Below are positions 49,711 to 59,682 of a stretch of DNA of 64,000 nt, piece by piece. Each line of letters begins with the position of its first letter. The first letter of the stretch is position 1. The notes below the pieces were generated by a model. That model did no database searches and was not told the DNA's origin. It saw only the letters and a program-made list of their open reading frames with translations. A program made the translations under genes and the position numbers. This stretch comes from a bacterium. GTDB lineage: Bacteria > Verrucomicrobiota > Verrucomicrobiia > Chthoniobacterales > UBA6821. Location of the stretch: contig JAJZSL010000002.1 in NCBI GenBank assembly GCA_021849805.1, forward strand, positions 560-64,559, given 5' to 3'.

Positions 49711-49798
49711 TTTATTCATCGTGAAGTTTTCAGAAAGAGGGCTTTCTAAAAAAGAAATCGTAAAAAATTTTCTCTGCCATCAAATGGGAGTTCTTCTC

Positions 49799-50713
49799 TC
49801 AAGCTCTAGGGTGAGCTTGGCTGTAAGCTTCTCTTAAGCGTTCGGTAGTAACATGGGTGTAGATTTGGGTAGTGCTCAGGCTAGCATGTCCTAGGAATGC
49901 TTGGATACTTCGTAAATCTGCTCCACGATCAAGCAGATGAGTAGCAAAGGAGTGTCGAAGGGAGTGAGGGCTTAAGCTTGCGGGGAAGCCAAGATCGCGT
50001 AAATATTTTTTGAGCATTTGCCAAACAGCCGTGGCACTGAGGCGAGAGCGGCTTTTATTCAAGAAGAGAGGGCCGCTGCTCACTTTTGCTAGTTGACAGT
50101 AGTACTCAATGGCTTCCAGAGCGAGCTTTCCCACTGGCAAGAGGCGCTCGCGAGAGCCTTTTCCAAGAACACGCACGCTCTCCTCAGTGATATTGAGGTC
50201 ATCGATATCGAGTCCCACAAGCTCGGATAATCGCAATCCAGAAGAATAAAAAAGTTCTAATATAGCCTTATCACGAGCATGCATCCAGGGAGGAGCTTGT
50301 TTTGATTTTTCTCTCTGTGTGGGATGTTCTAGAAGTTCGGTGACTTGAGGGAGTGTGAGAAAATGAGGAAGTGATTTTTTTAATGGAGGAAGAGAAATTT
50401 CTAGGAGTGGATTGCTCGCGTAGTGATGATGCTCAGTGAGATAATTAAAAAAAGAGCGAAGTGCCGCAAAGCGCAGGCGGATGGTCGCTCTAGAGGCTTC
50501 TTTTTTCATTAACTCAAGAAGATAGTTGCGACAATCATCAGCACTCACTTCTTGCCAAGAAAGATTTGGTTGGAAGAGATGAAAGTGAGCAAGAGCCTGC
50601 CGGTAAGCTCGCACTGTTCTTGGAGAATAGTGACGAGTGATCTCTAAGTAGGAGAGGAAATCAGATGCTAGCTTCTTATCGGTAGAGGAAGAGTCACTGG
50701 AAGCAGAGGGCAT
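49799..50713 (-). CDS. xerC: tyrosine site-specific recombinase XerC/XerD
   Basis: 304 aa with an N-terminal SAM-like core-binding domain (..RTVRAYRQAL..). Catalytic motifs are ..GLRLSEL.., HSLRHSFATHLL and LGHASLSTTQIYTHV. XerC versus XerD is not distinguishable by eye. Confidence 0.85.
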   Translation of the reverse strand: MPSASSDSSSTDKKLASDFLSYLEITRHYSPRTVRAYRQALAHFHLFQPNLSWQEVSADDCRNYLLELMKKEASRATIRLRFAALRSFFNYLTEHHHYASNPLLEISLPPLKKSLPHFLTLPQVTELLEHPTQREKSKQAPPWMHARDKAILELFYSSGLRLSELVGLDIDDLNITEESVRVLGKGSRERLLPVGKLALEAIEYYCQLAKVSSGPLFLNKSRSRLSATAVWQMLKKYLRDLGFPASLSPHSLRHSFATHLLDRGADLRSIQAFLGHASLSTTQIYTHVTTERLREAYSQAHPRA

Positions 50714-50770
50714 AAGATTTTTCTCGTGGAGGAGAGCTATTTTTACTGAAAATGGTATGTTTAGAAATTC

Positions 50771-51922
50771 ATGAAAGCAATCCTTCCTAACAATGAGACT
50801 ACTTTGGCGAAGACGATCGGGTTTCTTCGACGTGGTTACTCCAAGGTAGGAGGGGCTGAAGTCTATTTAAAACGGCTTGCCAGAGGACTACTAGAGCAAG
50901 GTTACCGCGTCCTTTTGCTCAATGATGGAGCTTGGCCTAAGGAGGACTGGCCGGGAGGAGAGACCATCTTCTTCCCACAAAAGGGATGCTCTTCCTTGGC
51001 ACAAGAAGCCTTAGAGCTCAAGAGGCGAGGAATTGTTGATTTGCTCTTCTCCTTAGAGCGTATTCCTGGGTGTGATCTCTTTCGGGCAGGTGATGGAGTC
51101 CATGCTGCTTGGCTCAAGCATCGTCAAGAAAGAGAGCCAGCTTGGAAGAGTTTTTTCACATCATTGAGTCCTCATCATCGTCGACTTCTAGCGCTTGAGA
51201 GGAAGCTTTTCTCTCCTAATTCCACTACCAGAATCATTGCTAATTCTTCCATGGTAGCTCAAGAAATTGAGAATCATTTTCATTTTCCAGCCGATCGTAT
51301 CAGCATTATTCCTAATGGTGTTCCCCCCAAGCCTCTCCTCACAATGGAAGAGCGCCATGCAGCACGAGAAGCTCTTGGAATCAAGCCTGGAGAGTTTATT
51401 CTGCTCTTTGTTGGTTCTGGTTGGAAGCGAAAAGGAGGGGCTATTGCCCTAGAAGTTCTCAAGCAGATTGAGCAGGAGGAGGGAGGAGAAAATCTCCATT
51501 TATGGATTGTTGGAAAGGGAACCCCTCAAAAGAGTTTTTCTCAGAGGATTCGCTTCTGGGGAGCGACTGCGAATATAGAGCCTCTCTATCGTGCTGCCGA
51601 TCTTTTCATTCTACCCACACTCTACGATCCTTTTTCTAATGCTTCTCTAGAAGCTCTTCTCTTTGGTTTGCCAGTGATCACAACGGCTTTCAATGGTTGT
51701 GCCGAAATCCTCAAAGAGGGAGTACATGGCTCTGTGATGAAGAATCCTAATGATGTAGAAGCTTTCAGGAAAGCTGTTCTCCACTGGCAGAGGCGCTTGG
51801 AGAGTGACGAGCAATCGGTCCTTCGTGCCGCCTGTCATCAGCGTGCTCTCTCCTTGGATATGGAGCTTAATCTCAAGCGCACCAGAGAGCTCATTGAGCA
51901 AGTGCTCCAGGAGAAGAGGTAG
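50771..51922 (+). CDS. glycosyltransferase family 4 (GT-B, RfaG-like)
   Basis: ..GGAEVYLKRLA.. near the N-terminus and the C-terminal E-x7-E region ..FSNASLEALLFGLPVITT... Confidence 0.75.
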   Translation: MKAILPNNETTLAKTIGFLRRGYSKVGGAEVYLKRLARGLLEQGYRVLLLNDGAWPKEDWPGGETIFFPQKGCSSLAQEALELKRRGIVDLLFSLERIPGCDLFRAGDGVHAAWLKHRQEREPAWKSFFTSLSPHHRRLLALERKLFSPNSTTRIIANSSMVAQEIENHFHFPADRISIIPNGVPPKPLLTMEERHAAREALGIKPGEFILLFVGSGWKRKGGAIALEVLKQIEQEEGGENLHLWIVGKGTPQKSFSQRIRFWGATANIEPLYRAADLFILPTLYDPFSNASLEALLFGLPVITTAFNGCAEILKEGVHGSVMKNPNDVEAFRKAVLHWQRRLESDEQSVLRAACHQRALSLDMELNLKRTRELIEQVLQEKR

Positions 51923-52892
51923 GAGTTAGGGCATCGGGAAGAATCTCCACAAAAAGAGGGCAATGATCACTTGCTCTATTCCAGTAGCTTGGACGAGCAA
52001 TCCCTGAATGTTCTTTGATGAGAGCTGGGGAGAGCACTTCATTGATCATCATATAATCAATACGAGAATATTCATCACTCTCTTTCCAATACTCAGTCCA
52101 AGTTTCTGCTCGATCATCCTTGAGAGGCAGGGCTTGGAGGAGTCCTGGTTTTTTTTCATGACCAAGTAGTGTGAAAAGCGGCTTGGAGTTCTTGGTATCA
52201 TTAAAATCTCCCATCACTAAGAGAGCTGTGTTTGAATCAGCAGTGAGGATTTCATGGATGTAGTTGCGTAAGTAGACTGCTTCCGCTTCGCGCAAGGAGT
52301 CCTGATGATATTGAGCAACTGGTACTTTGGATTTGAAGTGGACGCAGAGTAGACGGAGGTGACAGTTGGGCCGCAGCTCCACGACGACATCCAAGATACC
52401 GCGAGGACTATGTTCCATTTTCCCATGGAGCAATAGAGGGATGATCGGTTGGGAGTGGCGTTCTAGAATAGGAAAGCGACTTAAGAGAAGAAGATGACGT
52501 TCTTGATCCCAACCTTGGAGATATTCTGAGTAAGGATAATCGAGTCCCACTTCGTGCAAGTGATGCTCGAGATCTTGGACTTGGCGAGCATCTCCAATCT
52601 CCATGAAGCCGATGATGTCAGGATGTAGTGAAGCTAGGATCGAGGCTAGTGCCTTTTTTTCTTCTTCGGGTTTACCTGCATTCTGACGGAAGCGACCATT
52701 GATCCAGCGTGGCATGGTCAAATAGTTCTCAACATTATAGGAAACAAGGAGAACCGGCTTACTACTGGAAGGCGTTGACTCTGCTCCTAGAGCGACTTCT
52801 TCTGCTTCTAAGCCCAGGAGAAGAAGTGTCGTGGCAATGCAAAAGCAAAGAGAGAGAGAAGAAAGCTTCTGAGGTAAGGGGAGAAGCAGCAC
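51891..52892 (-). CDS. secreted endonuclease/exonuclease/phosphatase (EEP) family protein
   Basis: Signal-like N-terminus. Motifs are ..VSYNVENY.., ..IGFMEI.., ..GDFND.. and ..SDHCPLFV.. in EEP order. GTG start. Its 3' end overlaps the convergent GT gene by 32 bp. Confidence 0.75.
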   Translation of the reverse strand: MLLLPLPQKLSSLSLCFCIATTLLLLGLEAEEVALGAESTPSSSKPVLLVSYNVENYLTMPRWINGRFRQNAGKPEEEKKALASILASLHPDIIGFMEIGDARQVQDLEHHLHEVGLDYPYSEYLQGWDQERHLLLLSRFPILERHSQPIIPLLLHGKMEHSPRGILDVVVELRPNCHLRLLCVHFKSKVPVAQYHQDSLREAEAVYLRNYIHEILTADSNTALLVMGDFNDTKNSKPLFTLLGHEKKPGLLQALPLKDDRAETWTEYWKESDEYSRIDYMMINEVLSPALIKEHSGIARPSYWNRASDHCPLFVEILPDALTPTSSPGALAQ

Positions 52893-52903
52893 AAGGAGAG
52901 TGA

Positions 52904-53149
52904 CTAGCTTTCTTTGGGGGGGACTTCAGAAGAGAGCGTCGGAGCTGGAGGCGTGGGAGAGGCCCCCGTTGGCTTGGCAACTTGATCTTCAAATTCTTGT
53001 TTTGCTTTTTTAAATTCATGAACACTCTGACCTAAGCTTCGAGCAATTTCGGGGAGGCGCTTTGCTCCAAAGAGTACAAGCACAATAAGCAGCAAAATAA
53101 TTAAGTCCGGTCCACTAGGAATACCAAAAGCAAGAAAAGAAAGATTCAT
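52904..53149 (-). CDS. tatA: twin-arginine translocase subunit TatA/E
   Basis: ..GPDLIILLLIVLVLFGAKRLPEIARSLGQSVHEFKKA.. is the TatA TM plus amphipathic-helix signature. Confidence 0.85.
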   Translation of the reverse strand: MNLSFLAFGIPSGPDLIILLLIVLVLFGAKRLPEIARSLGQSVHEFKKAKQEFEDQVAKPTGASPTPPAPTLSSEVPPKES

Positions 53150-53358
53150 AGCGAATAGATATCAGTATGGGAGCTTGCGTGCAAGGCTACTTCTCCGCTT
53201 TTTATAACTTGACATCACCGAGGGGAGTGCTAGAGGCATTTTCCCTCTCTTCAATCTAATAAGCTAAAAGTTAAGTTCATCAGATAAGTTGATCACTCTT
53301 GTCCAACTTGGCCAAAATTTTATTTTGGAGAGTGGTGAAAGTTCCTATAACAAGGTTC

Positions 53359-53934
53359 ATGCTCTTTCCTCCTCTTTTCTCTCTAAGGTTCTTTTGCTTG
53401 GTTGGGTATTGTTTCTGTTTCTTGAATAGTTGTACAACTCCTCATTTAGAGGACTCCTCTTGGAGGCAGCCACCATACATCCCATCACTTAAGGAGGAGG
53501 AAAATTCGCTCCCAAGTAGCAGCTATTCCTCGCAGCATGAAGCAGTAGAAAGCGAAAGTTTGAACGCTCAATCTTTTTCCACTGACAAACAAGTCCCTCC
53601 TCATTCAGGTTTCTTGAGATTCAAGGAGCATCATCATCTTGTTGAAAAAGATTATCTCCAGCAACATCAGGCTGCTTTTCAGGCTGCTTCTTATCCTTCG
53701 AAACGATGTATGCTTGAGCATCTTTCCTCTGAAATAAAAAAATATGCCACTCATCAGTCTCCTCTCTCTAGTGCAAGAGATCATGAAGCAAAAGCCCAAC
53801 ATGATGCAAAGCAACTTCTCAATCTCTCTCCTAAGGCGCAAGGAGCGCTTAACCATGATGAATCGATATTAGAGAAGAACTCGAGCAAGATGAAGCCAAG
53901 TAAAGTGAAAAAGTTTTTAGAGAAGAAAATTTAG
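53359..53934 (+). CDS. hypothetical lipoprotein
   Basis: MLFPPLFSLRFFCLVGYCFCFLNSC has a lipobox-like LNSC. Start moved from the TTG at 53299 to the ATG at 53359. No family recognised. Confidence 0.5.
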   Translation: MLFPPLFSLRFFCLVGYCFCFLNSCTTPHLEDSSWRQPPYIPSLKEEENSLPSSSYSSQHEAVESESLNAQSFSTDKQVPPHSGFLRFKEHHHLVEKDYLQQHQAAFQAASYPSKRCMLEHLSSEIKKYATHQSPLSSARDHEAKAQHDAKQLLNLSPKAQGALNHDESILEKNSSKMKPSKVKKFLEKKI

Positions 53935-54000
53935 AAATTTCAGAGGGGGGAGGATAATGTTCTAGACAAGAGTGGTGTATATTGATCTCTTTTCTCTTCT

Positions 54001-55194
54001 ATGGAACCCATCACTGATCAATTAGAACAACTCATCGCAGGCACGCTCCATCTTCATAGCAAGGCGGAGCTCGCGAAAAAATTAGCTCTCTCAAGACCCT
54101 TGAGGGTTAAATTAGGTGTTGATCCTACTTCCTCTGATCTGCATTTAGGACACACTGTTGTGTTGGAGAAGTTACGACAGTTTCAAAATTTAGGTCACCA
54201 AGCCGTTCTCATTATTGGCGATTATACGGCAATGATTGGAGATCCCAGCGGGCGTTCTCTCACTCGCCCCCCTCTCTCTCACCAACAAGTTCTCGAGCAT
54301 GCTCAGAGCTACCAGGTACAAGCTTTTAAAATCTTGGATCCAGAAAAAACAGAAGTCTTCTTCAACAGCCAGTGGTTTGCTCCGCTTCCCTTTGCTCAAG
54401 TCATCGCCCTTCATGGACGTGTGACCTTACAGCAGATCCTCCAGCGAGAAGATTTTCGCAATCGTCTTCATCAAGCTCAGCCGATTCATCTTCATGAGCT
54501 TCACTATCCGCTCATGCAAGGGTGGGATTCTGTCATGGTGCGTGCTGATGTGGAGATAGGAGGATCAGACCAGTTGTTCAATTTGCTTCTTGGGCGTGAT
54601 TTGCAGCGCTCTGAAGGACAAGAGGAACAAGTGATTATAACACTCCCCCTTTTAGTAGGACTTGATGGAGTTGAAAAAATGAGTAAGAGCTTAGGAAATT
54701 ATGTCGGTATCGAGGAATCACCCAGCACCATGTTTGGAAAAATTATGAGTATTTCCGATGAACTCATGGAAAGCTATTACACACTCCTCTTGGGTGAGCC
54801 CCTGGAGAAGAGTGTTCATCCCATGGAGTCCAAAAAAATACTTGCTCAGCGACTGGTCAGCCGCTACCACACAGCATCTCTAGCTCATGAAGCTCGTGAA
54901 GAATTTGAACTTCGCTTCTCCAAACGTGACTTGCAATCAGCCAATCTCATCAACTATTTTCCTTCTCCAGATCAATCAAGAGATCTTCTCTCCTTAGCTC
55001 TCCATGCTTTTGATCAATGCTTTGAGTTAAAGAAATCACGTAGTGAGGTCAGGCGTCTGATCGAGGGAGGGAGCGTGACCTGGTGTGGGGAAAAAATAAC
55101 TGATCCTACTTTTGTTATTGACGAGCAGAGTGAAGGAGTGCTCAAACTCGATCGAACACACGCTCTGAGAGTTCGAGTTCTTGAGAAGGAATAA
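54001..55194 (+). CDS. tyrS: tyrosine--tRNA ligase
   Basis: HIGH motif (DLHLGH), KMSKS motif (KMSKSLGN) and a C-terminal S4-like domain. Confidence 0.95.
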   Translation: MEPITDQLEQLIAGTLHLHSKAELAKKLALSRPLRVKLGVDPTSSDLHLGHTVVLEKLRQFQNLGHQAVLIIGDYTAMIGDPSGRSLTRPPLSHQQVLEHAQSYQVQAFKILDPEKTEVFFNSQWFAPLPFAQVIALHGRVTLQQILQREDFRNRLHQAQPIHLHELHYPLMQGWDSVMVRADVEIGGSDQLFNLLLGRDLQRSEGQEEQVIITLPLLVGLDGVEKMSKSLGNYVGIEESPSTMFGKIMSISDELMESYYTLLLGEPLEKSVHPMESKKILAQRLVSRYHTASLAHEAREEFELRFSKRDLQSANLINYFPSPDQSRDLLSLALHAFDQCFELKKSRSEVRRLIEGGSVTWCGEKITDPTFVIDEQSEGVLKLDRTHALRVRVLEKE

Positions 55195-55251
55195 TTCTCA
55201 GCTCCCATGCTGAGGATCTCATGCATCATTGTTGATCATTGAGTGAATAGA

Positions 55252-56310
55252 CTAAGAGATGACACAAGTATTATTCGGTCCCTTCGGGTTAGTGTCCTTC
55301 ATCACAGCACCATGAATATCAAAGGTAACATCATAGTTAAGTGTACCATCAGGATTCATCGGATGTAACGCAGAGGAAGGGGCAAGGTCTGTTAGCTCGG
55401 CATCATTTATCTCCTCTTCATGAAAGGAGGAGAAATTTATTTCATCAGGAGAATCACTCTCACTCTCCTGGAGAAGAGAAGGAATAGGTTGGTCCTCCTT
55501 TATTTCTTCCTCTGCAGGAAAGCTATCGCCCCTAGGAGTCGTTGCTAACGTTGTCTCAGTGGACATAGTGGTTAGTGGAGACTCTGATGGAACTTGAGGT
55601 CCTCTTGATGGTGACTCTAACCGTGATTGATGAGCTAGCTGAGCGGCTAATTCTCTAATCTCCCGATTCTCCTCGTTGTCTCTAGCCCACTTTTCATCTC
55701 GTTGCAGTGACTCCCAATCAGCATTAAGAGAAGAGAGATCAGGTCCAAAATAAATTTTATCACTAAAAGTTTTTAGTTCCTTTTCATCAATTTTCTTGCC
55801 TTCTAGGAAATGAGTTCTCACTGATGCTGCACGTGCATAGAACTGAGCATTATTCATTCGTTGTTCTAGTGTATCCTTCCACTTCACTAAACGATATCCA
55901 ATCCTTGGAGGTAAAGTGGCCATTTTTTCTTGATCCTCTCGATGAATCCACAAGTAATGAAGAGCTCTGCAGACATCACGAAGCTCTTGATCTCTTCTTT
56001 CTATGATCTGAGCAATGGCATCTTCGATCTGTTGGGATCGCTGAACTCTCTGGAGGTTTAGAAGGCATTCTTTTTTATTGTTTACGTGAGTGACTGCTTT
56101 TCCTAGCGAAGTATCTATTCCTTTTAGGGTGATATTAAGAGGAGCAGATGGAGTAGGAGGATGGGATTCCCTAGTTAATGGAGATAGAGAATGCTCTATC
56201 GTATGATCTGAAAATTTTACTCTTCGCCCTGGCGTTTGAGCAGAGGAATTGGCTGGAGGTGCCATTTCTTCATTTGAAGAGGCGGATGATTTAACTTGAA
56301 TTGTTCCCAT
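55252..56310 (-). CDS. hypothetical protein (ORFan; Ser-rich N-terminus, helical middle, acidic C-terminal part)
   Basis: 352-aa ORF with an ATG start, 57 bp downstream of the PHP gene on the same strand. No motif recognised. Confidence 0.5.
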   Translation of the reverse strand: MGTIQVKSSASSNEEMAPPANSSAQTPGRRVKFSDHTIEHSLSPLTRESHPPTPSAPLNITLKGIDTSLGKAVTHVNNKKECLLNLQRVQRSQQIEDAIAQIIERRDQELRDVCRALHYLWIHREDQEKMATLPPRIGYRLVKWKDTLEQRMNNAQFYARAASVRTHFLEGKKIDEKELKTFSDKIYFGPDLSSLNADWESLQRDEKWARDNEENREIRELAAQLAHQSRLESPSRGPQVPSESPLTTMSTETTLATTPRGDSFPAEEEIKEDQPIPSLLQESESDSPDEINFSSFHEEEINDAELTDLAPSSALHPMNPDGTLNYDVTFDIHGAVMKDTNPKGPNNTCVIS

Positions 56311-56367
56311 AATAGTTAATGAAGTTGAGGTTCAATGAGGTTCATTTTTCTAGAAGAGTTCCTTGGC

Positions 56368-57048
56368 TTAATGGTAAAAAAGACGGAACCAATTTCGTAA
56401 ATTTTTCTTCATCAATTGCTCCGGGGAGAGTTGATGTTCTCGAAGAGTCCCTCCTTGAGGAATAGCAGCTAGGAGGGCATCTAGTGATAATGTCGATAGC
56501 TGATAGCTCGTGGAGCTTATTCCAACTGTTTCTGCTTGATGGGCATCACTAGAAGCCGTGCTAGCAAGTCCTCGATGAGCTGCAAAAGTAGCAGCATGCT
56601 TATTAAAGAGATTGAGGGAAATGGCAGCGTTGAATGTTTCAATAGCTGCAAGATGAAGATCCTTGAGAACATGTTCACGAATGCCAGCTCGAAATCGATC
56701 AAAAGGATGAGGAGCTACGGCAAGACCACCACGTTGCTCAATAGCTGCAATGACTTCGTGAGCTCGTCGGCCTTTCATCATTGGAAGGGTTGTTCCAAGG
56801 CAGAGGAGATGTCCCTCCTTGGTGGAGACTTCAACACCTGGAATAATGAGAAAACCATCCACTGCTTGCCCATCATCACGAAGAAGACCTTGACGACGTA
56901 AATACTCCACTCCTTCACAAGTATCATGATCGGTAATGGCAATGCCACTGAGTCCACGTTTCTTAGCAGCCTCGACCATCACTAAGGGATCATCGATAGC
57001 ATCGCGTGAGAAAGCAGTATGAAGATGAAGGTCAAAGGAGTAGCGCAC
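56368..57048 (-). CDS. PHP-domain metal-dependent phosphoesterase
   Basis: FDLHLHTAFSRDA, ..IAITDHDT.., ..APHPF.. and ..SSDAHQ.. His/Asp motifs in PHP order. GTG start. Confidence 0.8.
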   Translation of the reverse strand: MRYSFDLHLHTAFSRDAIDDPLVMVEAAKKRGLSGIAITDHDTCEGVEYLRRQGLLRDDGQAVDGFLIIPGVEVSTKEGHLLCLGTTLPMMKGRRAHEVIAAIEQRGGLAVAPHPFDRFRAGIREHVLKDLHLAAIETFNAAISLNLFNKHAATFAAHRGLASTASSDAHQAETVGISSTSYQLSTLSLDALLAAIPQGGTLREHQLSPEQLMKKNLRNWFRLFYH

Positions 57049-57117
57049 TAGTTGATGATTTCAGAACGTTCTACTCAGTACAAGTCTTCTAAAACAATGG
57101 AGAAATGAAGAAAACTT

Positions 57118-57284
57118 TATAGTCAAATTACCTAGAAATTAGGGAAAAAGAGTGCAGAGATTTTTAAAAAAGGCAAGGCCGAAGACCGAGCGCTATCTCA
57201 ACGATAAGGCGATAGGATGAGAACGCTGCACTTTTTAAATAAGATCAAGTCAATTTCCTGTAATTTCTAGGTAATTTGACTATA
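57118..57284 (+). mobile_element. Family B MITE-like element, copy B3 (167 bp)
   Basis: It has the same ends and core as B1. It sits in the divergent PHP/guaA promoter region and carries a paired TIR substitution relative to B1. Confidence 0.85.
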
Positions 57285-57403
57285 CTCAGCCTGCTTGCGA
57301 ATGTTCCTGGTTATAGTACTATCTTCAAATGTCCTTGCCCACAATCTCCTCCTCTGCCAATCATCAGGGGAATCATCAAGAAAAAACAATCTCCTCTCCT
57401 TCG

Positions 57404-58969
57404 ATGAGAGAAAAAGTTGTTATCATCGATTTTGGATCACAGTATACTCAGGTCATTGCACGTCGAGTGCGAGAGAGCCATGTTTTCTCTGAGGTTCTAC
57501 CTCACACTACCTCAGCTTCGCTTTTAGCTGAGGATTCTACTCTTCGAGGAATTATTCTCTCGGGTGGTCCTGCCAGTGTTTATTCTAAGAAAGCTCCTTT
57601 ACTTGATGTTGGTATCTATGAGTTGGGAATTCCTATCTTGGGTATTTGCTACGGTATGCAATTGATCGTCCATGATCTCGGTGGCACTGTAGCACGATCA
57701 GCCTGCCGCGAGTATGGCTCTGGTGTGTTGACTCTCAAGGGTCGCTCTCCTCTTTTTGAGAAGGTGAAGCCAAAGCTGACTGTTTGGAACAGTCATGGCG
57801 ATCGTATTGAAAAACTACCTCCTGGATTTTCTGTGTTAGGCTCTACGGCTAATTCCCCTTATGCTGCCATCGGAGAGAAGAAACGTCATCTTTATGGACT
57901 TCAGTTTCATCCTGAAGTTGCCCACACAGAGGAGGGGAGAGTGATTCTTGAAAATTTTCTTTTTAAAATCTGTGGAGCTCAAGCAACTTGGACGATGGAT
58001 TCTTTTGTTGAGCAGAGTTGTGAGAAAATCCAAAATCAAGTAGGCAACCATTCGGTTATTTTAGGATTGAGTGGAGGAGTTGATTCTTCCGTTACAGCAG
58101 CTCTCCTACATCGTGCTCTCGGAGATCAACTGACCTGTATTTTTGTAGATCATGGCTTGCTACGCGCAGGGGAGGGAGAGGCCGTACGAGAAATTTTTGA
58201 GAAAAACTTTAATATGCGCCTTAAGGTGATCCGTGCGCAGAAGCGTTTTCTAGCAAGACTTCAAGGAGTGACCGACCCTGAAGAAAAAAGAAAGATCATT
58301 GGTAGGGAGTTTGTTCGCGTTTTTGAAGAAGCAGCAGAAGCTCTCAAAAACTCTCCTCATGCTAAAAAACATCCTTTTCGCTTCTTAGCACAAGGGACGC
58401 TTTATCCTGATGTTATCGAAAGTGTCCCCATTGGAAACAATCCAGCTTCCCTCATCAAAAGTCATCACAACGTCGGTGGTCTTCCTAAAAAAATGAAGCT
58501 AGCGCTCTTGGAGCCCTTGCGGCAGCTCTTTAAAGATGAGGTTCGTGCTCTAGGACGTCAATTAGGGCTTCCTAGAGAACTCGTCGATCGACAACCATTT
58601 CCAGGTCCCGGCCTTGCCATCCGTATCCTAGGTGAAGTAACCCCCAAACGACTCAATATTCTTCGTGCTGCCGATAACATTGTCATCGAAGAAATGAAAT
58701 CAACAAACTGGTACTACAAAGTCTGGCAATCCTTCGCTCTCCTCCTGCCACTCCAATCCGTCGGTGTCATGGGCGACGAGCGAACCTACGAACAAACCAT
58801 CGCCCTTCGTATCGTCGAGAGCCAAGATGGCATGACTGCCAACTGGGTTCATCTCCCCTACACAATCCTCTCCAACATCTCCACCCGCATCATCAACGAA
58901 GTCGATGGTATCAATCGTTGTGTTTATGATATTTCTAATAAGCCACCAGCCACTATTGAGTGGGAATAA
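57404..58969 (+). CDS. guaA: GMP synthase (glutamine-hydrolysing)
   Basis: GATase motif GICYGMQ, ATP-PPase P-loop LSGGVDSS and the C-terminal ..KPPATIEWE. Start moved to the ATG at 57404 (MREKVVIIDFGSQYTQ). Confidence 0.95.
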   Translation: MREKVVIIDFGSQYTQVIARRVRESHVFSEVLPHTTSASLLAEDSTLRGIILSGGPASVYSKKAPLLDVGIYELGIPILGICYGMQLIVHDLGGTVARSACREYGSGVLTLKGRSPLFEKVKPKLTVWNSHGDRIEKLPPGFSVLGSTANSPYAAIGEKKRHLYGLQFHPEVAHTEEGRVILENFLFKICGAQATWTMDSFVEQSCEKIQNQVGNHSVILGLSGGVDSSVTAALLHRALGDQLTCIFVDHGLLRAGEGEAVREIFEKNFNMRLKVIRAQKRFLARLQGVTDPEEKRKIIGREFVRVFEEAAEALKNSPHAKKHPFRFLAQGTLYPDVIESVPIGNNPASLIKSHHNVGGLPKKMKLALLEPLRQLFKDEVRALGRQLGLPRELVDRQPFPGPGLAIRILGEVTPKRLNILRAADNIVIEEMKSTNWYYKVWQSFALLLPLQSVGVMGDERTYEQTIALRIVESQDGMTANWVHLPYTILSNISTRIINEVDGINRCVYDISNKPPATIEWE

Positions 58970-59082
58970 AAAAATGCCTTATCAATTCTACTGCTCTGGC
59001 AAAGAGCTTTGTCGCACTGGTGCTCGCTTCGTCGAGTATCTGGATATACACTCCTCCTCTGCGCGCCAGCGCTCCTTGCTTC
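58969..59082 (+). repeat. Family C element, copy C1 (left arm and core; right arm missing)
   Basis: aaaaatgccttatcaattctactgctctggcaaagagctttg.. begins directly at the guaA stop. It matches 62570 onward with a handful of substitutions. Confidence 0.8.
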
Positions 59083-59106
59083 CTTTGAACCAAAATACCA
59101 TACTCC

Positions 59107-59682
59107 ATGAAGAGAAAACAGGAGAGTAGTAGCAAAGATCCTCGTTGTAGAGATTCAAGCTCCCTGTTGGAATCACCCTCAGGTCTTCTTTATCGTCGAG
59201 CTATCTACCCTGGTAGTTTTGATCCTCTTACCAATGGTCATCTTGACCTCATTGAGCGAGCATTGAATATTTTTGACGAAGTTATTGTGGCTGTGGCTAC
59301 CAACAGTTCCAAACAACCCTTATTTTCAACACAAGAACGCCTTGCGCTCTTGCACGGTGTTCTAGGAGAGAGACCTGGTCTTCTCATTGAATCTCTTGAT
59401 GGGCTCTTAGTTGATGCTGCTGCTAGGAGGAAAGCTTTTGTTGTGATTCGTGGATTGCGTGCTATTTCGGATTTTGAAGGAGAATTTCAAATGGCGCTCA
59501 CCAACCGTCGACTAGAACCACGTATTGAAACGATGTTTCTAGCTCCTCGTGAAGATTGTATTTTTCTAAATTCACGTCTTGTTAAAGAAGTTGCCTCTTT
59601 AGGGGGGAATATCACGCCCTTTGTTCCCAAGCTCGTTGTTGAAGCTTTAGAGAAAAAATTTCTTACTAACAATCTTCTATGA
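59107..59682 (+). CDS. coaD: phosphopantetheine adenylyltransferase
   Basis: AIYPGSFDPLTNGHLDLIERA (T/HxGH motif), ..RGLRAISDFE... The N-terminal ~25 aa are atypical. An in-frame TTG at 59167 is an alternative start. Confidence 0.9.
   Translation: MKRKQESSSKDPRCRDSSSLLESPSGLLYRRAIYPGSFDPLTNGHLDLIERALNIFDEVIVAVATNSSKQPLFSTQERLALLHGVLGERPGLLIESLDGLLVDAAARRKAFVVIRGLRAISDFEGEFQMALTNRRLEPRIETMFLAPREDCIFLNSRLVKEVASLGGNITPFVPKLVVEALEKKFLTNNLL

Noticed and set aside
49799-50713. The tyrosine recombinase next to the repeat-protein gene might be an island integrase.
   Set aside because: The length, the core-binding domain and the catalytic motifs fit housekeeping XerC/XerD. No att-like direct repeats, tRNA gene or phage genes flank it.
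55197-55214. The hairpin ctcagc-tcccat-gctgag between convergent tyrS and the 55252 ORFan might be a bidirectional terminator.
   Set aside because: The stem is only 6 bp with no flanking U/A tracts, which is too weak to call.
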